Assembly: GCA_027082835.1 (NCBI GenBank)
Contig: JALWTP010000040.1
Coordinates: 1-37,478 of the forward strand
DNA length: 37,478 nucleotides
Origin: Candidatus Kaiserbacteria bacterium
GTDB taxonomy: Bacteria > Patescibacteriota > Minisyncoccia > Phycocordibacterales > UBA2100
Direction of reading: 5' to 3'
Positions 33,740-37,478 of the stretch are shown here, piece after piece; positions within the stretch are counted from its first letter, which is position 1; every line of letters starts with the position of its first letter. The notes under the pieces are model-generated. The model saw only the letters and a list, made by a program, of their open reading frames with translations, had not been told where the DNA came from and did not search any database. Made by a program: the position numbers and the translations under genes.

Positions 33740-33762
33740 TTTCCAAGGACCGCCCTTGGAAA
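33740..33762. repeat. 23-nt hairpin repeat TTTCCAAGGACCGCCCTTGGAAA, copy 2
   Basis: Identical to 9851-9873. The flanks are not conserved. Confidence 0.8.
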
Positions 33763-33855
33763 AATCCAACTAATGTTCCATGGTCACTCTGGAATATTAA
33801 ATGGAACACCATATTGGAATAGTGGATTTCAAGAGGAAATAAGCAAAAAGGAACA

Positions 33856-33887
33856 AGCCCCAAGTGCGCAAGCACTTGGGGCTTTTC
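33856..33887 (+). terminator. rho-independent terminator 2 (paralogous to terminator 1)
   Basis: AGCCCCAAGTGC-gcaa-GCACTTGGGGCTTTT. Confidence 0.7.
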
Positions 33888-33980
33888 CTATACCTACTCA
33901 AATAAACTAAAGAGAAAAACAATCAAACAAATAGACAAATAAGTGGGCAAGGAGTCCCCTTACCTATTTGCTCACATTTT

Positions 33981-34016
33981 TACAAAAGAAAAAGGCGACC
34001 CTGAAAGTCGCCTTTT
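33981..34016 (-). terminator. terminator of the vWA gene
   Basis: AAAGGCGAC-cctgaaa-GTCGCCTTT. On the minus strand it is followed by TTCTTTTGT. Confidence 0.65.
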
Positions 34017-34058
34017 GCAGTGAGCAATTCTGCGCTTTATAGTATTTAGCGCAGCGAT

Positions 34059-34778
34059 TTATACTGACAATTCGTGTAGCATTTTTTGTTGAATGCCTTC
34101 TGTATACGAATTATATGTCCCGGGCATTATAAAGCCGTTTTTTGTGCGAACAAGTCTTGAAAGAGTACGCATTTGATCTTCTGCACTTATTTCCACAGCA
34201 AATACATTTACTGTCCCTCCGTAGTATTCCACCTTGTCGCGGATTTTTGCCATTTGCGTTTGTCTGTCTGGAAATATTCCAGCGTCGGTAGAAATATCGA
34301 TGACCAGATCTCCCTTTCCTCGTGAGGTGTATATATGCAGAGCTTCAGATATTGCACTGATGTGGTCGGTGGAAGAATTTGGTAAAGTAGATTGTGGTGT
34401 ATTTTCTTGAATGCGAAGTGCAATTTCTTCTGTGTCTTTTCTTGTGGTTACCACAACACCGTTATCGGAAACGATATTGAGTATATTTTCAGGACCTGCC
34501 CAACACAGCACATATACCAATGCATTTTGCATAATCAAAAGGTCTTGAACCTTTGGATTAAGAAAAGCAGCGATATGCCCATCGCGCTGTGTTTTCCAGT
34601 GAGGTACTCTGCCTTTCTGATGGGGTGTTGCCGGATGATTTTCATACATACTCCCCGAGGCGTCCATAAGGACAATGAAAGTAATTCTGGGGTGGGTACG
34701 CGCTCGCCCAAGCGAAGGTATAAGCAAGAAAGGTGATGCACACAGACCCGCAGTAAATGCTCGTCGTTTCATAGCCAA
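34059..34778 (-). CDS. secreted vWA-like protein resembling DUF1194, with twin-arginine-like signal
   Basis: MAMKRRAFTAGLCASPFLLIPSLGRA is followed by MDASGSM (a MIDAS-like DxSxS), then CWAG, VIDISTDAG, GGTVNVFAV and a C-terminal FIMPGTY..IQQKMLHEL segment. The order matches my recollection of DUF1194. Confidence 0.55.
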   Translation of the reverse strand: MAMKRRAFTAGLCASPFLLIPSLGRARTHPRITFIVLMDASGSMYENHPATPHQKGRVPHWKTQRDGHIAAFLNPKVQDLLIMQNALVYVLCWAGPENILNIVSDNGVVVTTRKDTEEIALRIQENTPQSTLPNSSTDHISAISEALHIYTSRGKGDLVIDISTDAGIFPDRQTQMAKIRDKVEYYGGTVNVFAVEISAEDQMRTLSRLVRTKNGFIMPGTYNSYTEGIQQKMLHELSV

Positions 34779-34963
34779 GCTCCTTCTTGTTGTGTTTGTC
34801 TGTGTAGATAGTAGTGCAAAGAGGGTGTATATGCAACTCTCAATTCAATACTATAGCACAATATCATATAGCATATCGCAGAGTATTTTTATATATCGAA
34901 GATGTGATGGTAAGATAGCCGTTTGGTATTGCGCAGAGGCGCGATTGCACCTATTATAGGGGT

Positions 34964-35107
34964 ATGAAAAGTAATTTTTTAGATATGCTATTTGGATTTT
35001 TACTCATTATAACCATAGGTATCGCAGTGTCGCTTGCAACAAATTATTACGGAGTTACCACGAAACAGCTAGGAGCAGTTATAGTATCGTTAATTACAAT
35101 GCAATAA
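34964..35107 (+). CDS. 47-aa hydrophobic peptide (tentative)
   Basis: My translation is MKSNFLDMLFGFLLIITIGIAVSLATNYYGVTTKQLGAVIVSLITMQ. It is below the track cutoff and has only a weak, closely spaced AGGGG upstream. Confidence 0.3.
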   Translation: MKSNFLDMLFGFLLIITIGIAVSLATNYYGVTTKQLGAVIVSLITMQ

Positions 35108-35115
35108 TACATTCT

Positions 35116-35760
35116 ATGAGATGTGTGCAGAAACAAAATGAAAGAGGAAATACTCAGATACTTGTGGTCTTTTTTGTTGGTATGTTTATAGCCATAGGAG
35201 GATATTCTCTTTGGAAAGTAGGTATAGAAGGAGGAAATACTTTGGTAGTTACTGCTAATTCAAACAAAGAACACATAGCTGCAGTAGTGAGTGCTGATGT
35301 GTTGAAAGCACGAGAAGTAAAAAAACATGATGCTAAAGTAGTTCAGAAAAAAGAAGCAGAAAAAAGAGTACAAGAAAATACTATAAACCAAAATATAAAC
35401 GCAGAAGCAAATGCATTGCAGGCACTTCGTAGTGCTCAGAAAGCATTGGAAGGCACACTCCTGGAGGCGCAACAAATACTTTCAGACACATTGCATACAC
35501 AACAGGCAAAGCAAAAACGAATATCTATCGGTGGCCCATGGGACAACTTTTGGTGGCGTGGTGATATGCCGGGAGAGAATGACCCTACGCCAGGGGTAAA
35601 CAAAATGTATTTTGCACCCATTCAAGGGGTCGGAGGTGGAGGTGGTGGAGCTGCTGCACCTGCTTCATCACCATCGTCCTCAGCCGGCGGTGGAAGTATA
35701 GGAGGTGGAGCACCGTCAGGCGGACCTCCGTCAGGACCTCCCGGAGCAGGGCCGTTATAG
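35116..35760 (+). CDS. membrane-anchored coiled-coil protein with TadE/G-like N-terminus and Gly/Pro/Ser-rich tail
   Basis: The N-terminus NERGNTQILVVFFVGMFIAIGGYSL is followed by a Lys/Glu/Gln-rich helical region and the C-terminal GGGGGGAAAPASSPSSSAGGGSIGGGAPSGGPPSGPPGAGPL. Confidence 0.55.
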   Translation: MRCVQKQNERGNTQILVVFFVGMFIAIGGYSLWKVGIEGGNTLVVTANSNKEHIAAVVSADVLKAREVKKHDAKVVQKKEAEKRVQENTINQNINAEANALQALRSAQKALEGTLLEAQQILSDTLHTQQAKQKRISIGGPWDNFWWRGDMPGENDPTPGVNKMYFAPIQGVGGGGGGAAAPASSPSSSAGGGSIGGGAPSGGPPSGPPGAGPL

Positions 35761-35828
35761 AAATAAGTTCGTAAATAACTCATTTGGACTCATCTGACCT
35801 TTTACCGTCAACGACTACAAAAATCACC

Positions 35829-35860
35829 TAAAAACCTTCCATTCGAATGGAAGGTTTTTA
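35829..35860 (+). terminator. rho-independent terminator
   Basis: AAAACCTTCCATTC/GAATGGAAGGTTTTT palindrome. Confidence 0.7.
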
Positions 35861-35994
35861 GAAGTTTTAAAAAGGTAAGCAAAAGAAGGAGTACAAACAA
35901 AGATAGATGCATAGTAAATATGGCAAATTAGTAGTGAGATCAGGTAAGTGGCCCAGGAGACTCCTGGGCCACTGGTGTCCATATATCATTTTTT

Positions 35995-36031
35995 TGTATA
36001 TAAAAACAGGCACGGTGCAATACCGCGCCTG
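35995..36031 (-). terminator. terminator of the 99-aa minus-strand gene
   Basis: ACAGGCGCGGT-attgc-ACCGTGCCTGT on the minus strand, followed by TTTTTATATAC. Confidence 0.65.
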
Positions 36032-36050
36032 TTGTATGTTCTTGAAATTA

Positions 36051-36350
36051 TCAAGCTCTCATTTGTTCTTGAGGGTGTTTTTCTCTCACGAAAAACGAGA
36101 GTGCCTTCAAAAAGTCTTGAGAACGCTCGGGTAAGATCATCCCGAGGTCGTCGGTCATTTTAGACCGGTCATGTGCTTTAAGTATACACAAAACCTCGGC
36201 ACTCATCTTCAAGATATTTTCTTTGAAAAGACGAGGATCGCGACACCAAAGTGAGACCAAATTGAGTACTCTCCATGCCTCGTCCTCGCTGTACGATTTT
36301 TTCATAACGTGAAAAATTTCCTTCACGAAGCTATATGTTGATTGAGTCAT
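36051..36350 (-). CDS. hypothetical 99-aa helical protein
   Basis: GAAAGAGG lies about 6 nt upstream of the ATG on the minus strand, and a terminator lies downstream. No family recognised. Confidence 0.55.
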   Translation of the reverse strand: MTQSTYSFVKEIFHVMKKSYSEDEAWRVLNLVSLWCRDPRLFKENILKMSAEVLCILKAHDRSKMTDDLGMILPERSQDFLKALSFFVREKHPQEQMRA

Positions 36351-36458
36351 GATGACCTCTTTCCATTTTCAGGTTGCTCATTAAAATCCAATCAAGACAG
36401 TAACATAAAGTATGTATATGTCAATAGATGCCTATTTAGGAAGACACAACATCTGCTA

Positions 36459-36486
36459 TTGCGCGATTTACATATAATGCTATAGT
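36459..36486 (+). promoter_or_regulatory. promoter candidate for rplJ-rplL (TTGCGC-16-TGcTATAGT)
   Basis: -35 at 36459-36464, extended -10 TG at 36478-36479, TATAGT at 36481-36486. Confidence 0.4.
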
Positions 36487-36492
36487 ATCTGC

Positions 36493-36662
36493 GTCGGGCT
36501 TAAGACAGCGCGCTTCACTTGGTGGAAAACAGGGTGAGTCAGTCGTGCCGAGGTCGAACAACTCCTTATACAAGGTGGCCCGCGTTTATTAAGTAGGCCA
36601 TTTATTTTTGGAATATACTACGAGTAAGTAACTCATTTTCTAAAAATACAACACAAACAATT
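36493..36662 (+). promoter_or_regulatory. candidate structured 5' leader of rplJ (L10-leader-like autoregulatory element)
   Basis: A GC-rich leader of about 170 nt lies in AT-rich surroundings. GGGCTTAAGACAGCGC resembles the 23S GTPase-associated-centre sequence, and a TGGCC/GGCCA hairpin followed by TTTATTTTT sits near its 3' end. Confidence 0.3.
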
Positions 36663-37172
36663 ATGGCAAAATCAAAAGAACAAAAGAAGGAAATTCTTGA
36701 CCGTTTAACGAGTGCTTTTACCACTTCACCTGCGTCTGTTTTTGTTCACTTTACCGGACTTCCGGTAGGAGAGGAAACTCAAATGCGTAGTGCACTTCGC
36801 AGTGAAGGAGTAGGTTACTTTGTTGCAAAGAAAACCTTGATCGGAAAGGCATTAGACGAAATGTCAGTTGAAGGGGAACGACCTTCTCTGGACGGAGAAA
36901 TAGCAATCGCGTATCAAAATGATGACGAAAGTTTTGCTAAAGACTCCACTGCGCCTGCTCGTAACATACATACTTTTGTTAAAAAGTATGGCGATAAGGT
37001 AAGCATTGTCGGAGGTATCTTTGAAGGTGGATTTATGGATGCTGCTCAGATGAATGAGGTGGCAACCATTCCATCAGTGGATACACTGCGAGGTATGTTT
37101 GCAAATGTTATCAACTCACCTATACAAGGGTTGGTTGTTGCATTAAATGCAGTTGCAGAAAAGAAAGCGTAA
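36663..37172 (+). CDS. rplJ: 50S ribosomal protein L10
   Basis: The K(E)QK..I N-terminus and the GLPVGEETQMRSALRSEGVGYFVAKKTL segment are typical of L10. It lies upstream of rplL. Confidence 0.95.
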   Translation: MAKSKEQKKEILDRLTSAFTTSPASVFVHFTGLPVGEETQMRSALRSEGVGYFVAKKTLIGKALDEMSVEGERPSLDGEIAIAYQNDDESFAKDSTAPARNIHTFVKKYGDKVSIVGGIFEGGFMDAAQMNEVATIPSVDTLRGMFANVINSPIQGLVVALNAVAEKKA

Positions 37173-37207
37173 AGCATATATTAGTTATTAAACATATTAA
37201 AAATAGT

Positions 37208-37478
37208 ATGACTGAAGAAAAAAACGATGCAGCAGTAGCTGAAGAGGCAGTTGAAAAAGAAACTGAAACAGCCGAAGCTACTACTGAAGAAGTAAAAGAA
37301 GAAGCAGCTCCTGCAGAGGAAGCTACTGAAACAAAAGAAGAAGCTCCTGCGGAGGAAGCAGAAGAGGAGGTAGAGGTACCGGATGAATACAAAGATCTTA
37401 TTGAGAAAATAGAAAAAATGACCGTTCTTGAATTGCACGGATTGGTTAAAGTGCTTGAAAAGAAATTCGGTGTATCAG
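37208..37478 (+). CDS. rplL: 50S ribosomal protein L7/L12, 5' partial (runs off window), with acidic N-terminal extension
   Basis: My translation is MTEEKNDAAVAEEAVEKETETAEATTEEVKEEAAPAEEATETKEEAPAEEAEEEVEVPDEYKDLIEKIEKMTVLELHGLVKVLEKKFGVS. The last 30 aa match the L12 N-terminal dimerisation domain. It is absent from the ORF track because no stop lies in the window. Confidence 0.85.
   Translation, partial: MTEEKNDAAVAEEAVEKETETAEATTEEVKEEAAPAEEATETKEEAPAEEAEEEVEVPDEYKDLIEKIEKMTVLELHGLVKVLEKKFGVS

Noticed and set aside
33779-33916. 45-codon ORF (MFHGHSGILNGTPYWNSGFQEEISKKEQ...) between the twin terminators
   Set aside because: It has no SD or promoter, and the frame reads through the second terminator stem. 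It is kept only as a note within the twin-terminator finding.
35907-36163. 75-aa and 71-aa plus-strand ORFs
   Set aside because: They overlap the minus-strand 99-aa gene, which has a good SD and terminator. The GAAGGAG upstream of 35907 is 17 nt away, too far to act as an SD. The reading frames also run through two hairpins.
37120-37392. 90-aa and 85-aa minus-strand ORFs
   Set aside because: They are antisense to the acidic N-terminal extension of rplL (GAA/GCT repeats read as Ser/Phe-rich sequence on the complement).
1-37478. Alternative genetic code (UGA recoded, as in some candidate phyla)
   Set aside because: All conserved genes read through at full length with the standard code, with no in-frame TGA. 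TGA is used as a stop, for example at 3961-3963 and 8973-8975.

Overview
This is a compact, gene-dense bacterial chromosome segment using the standard code (TGA acts as a stop). I recognised no rRNA, tRNA, CRISPR array, transposase or integrase. About 40 CDS are supported, and most are housekeeping genes. They include secE-nusG-rplK, a dTTP-synthesis cluster (long ThyX-like gene, dcd, tmk, mazG-like), argS, an AlkA-like glycosylase, ileS, a recO-like gene, glyQS, an AI-2E transporter, metG, tatD, rpsF, ssb, rpsR, efp, recA, ftsK, rplJ and the 5' part of rplL. Two type II toxin-antitoxin pairs and several small membrane ORFs sit between conserved neighbours. Several features suggest a reduced CPR/Patescibacteria-like genome, but this is inference only. 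These are the absence of rplA next to rplK or rplJ, the absence of rplI after rpsR, charged low-complexity extensions on core proteins, and a giant Thr/Ser/Gly-rich surface protein with a peptidoglycan-binding domain. The most unusual region is 28.1-35.8 kb. It starts with a winged-helix gene whose consensus promoter and 5' UTR are tiled by an 11-nt box (ATAAAGGACAy), and the same box recurs inside the gene's own coding sequence. Next comes a roughly 900-bp ORF-free, hairpin-rich region with a perfect 22-nt palindrome and a GC-rich structured patch. This is followed by a 1138-aa S-layer-like protein built from about six tandem modules. The region ends with a DUF1194-like vWA protein carrying a Tat-like signal and a TadE/G-like membrane protein. 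A second recurring signal is a -10 hexamer placed 6-7 nt before many first-gene ATGs, which suggests leaderless mRNAs. All family assignments come from reading motifs by eye, and no database search was possible.
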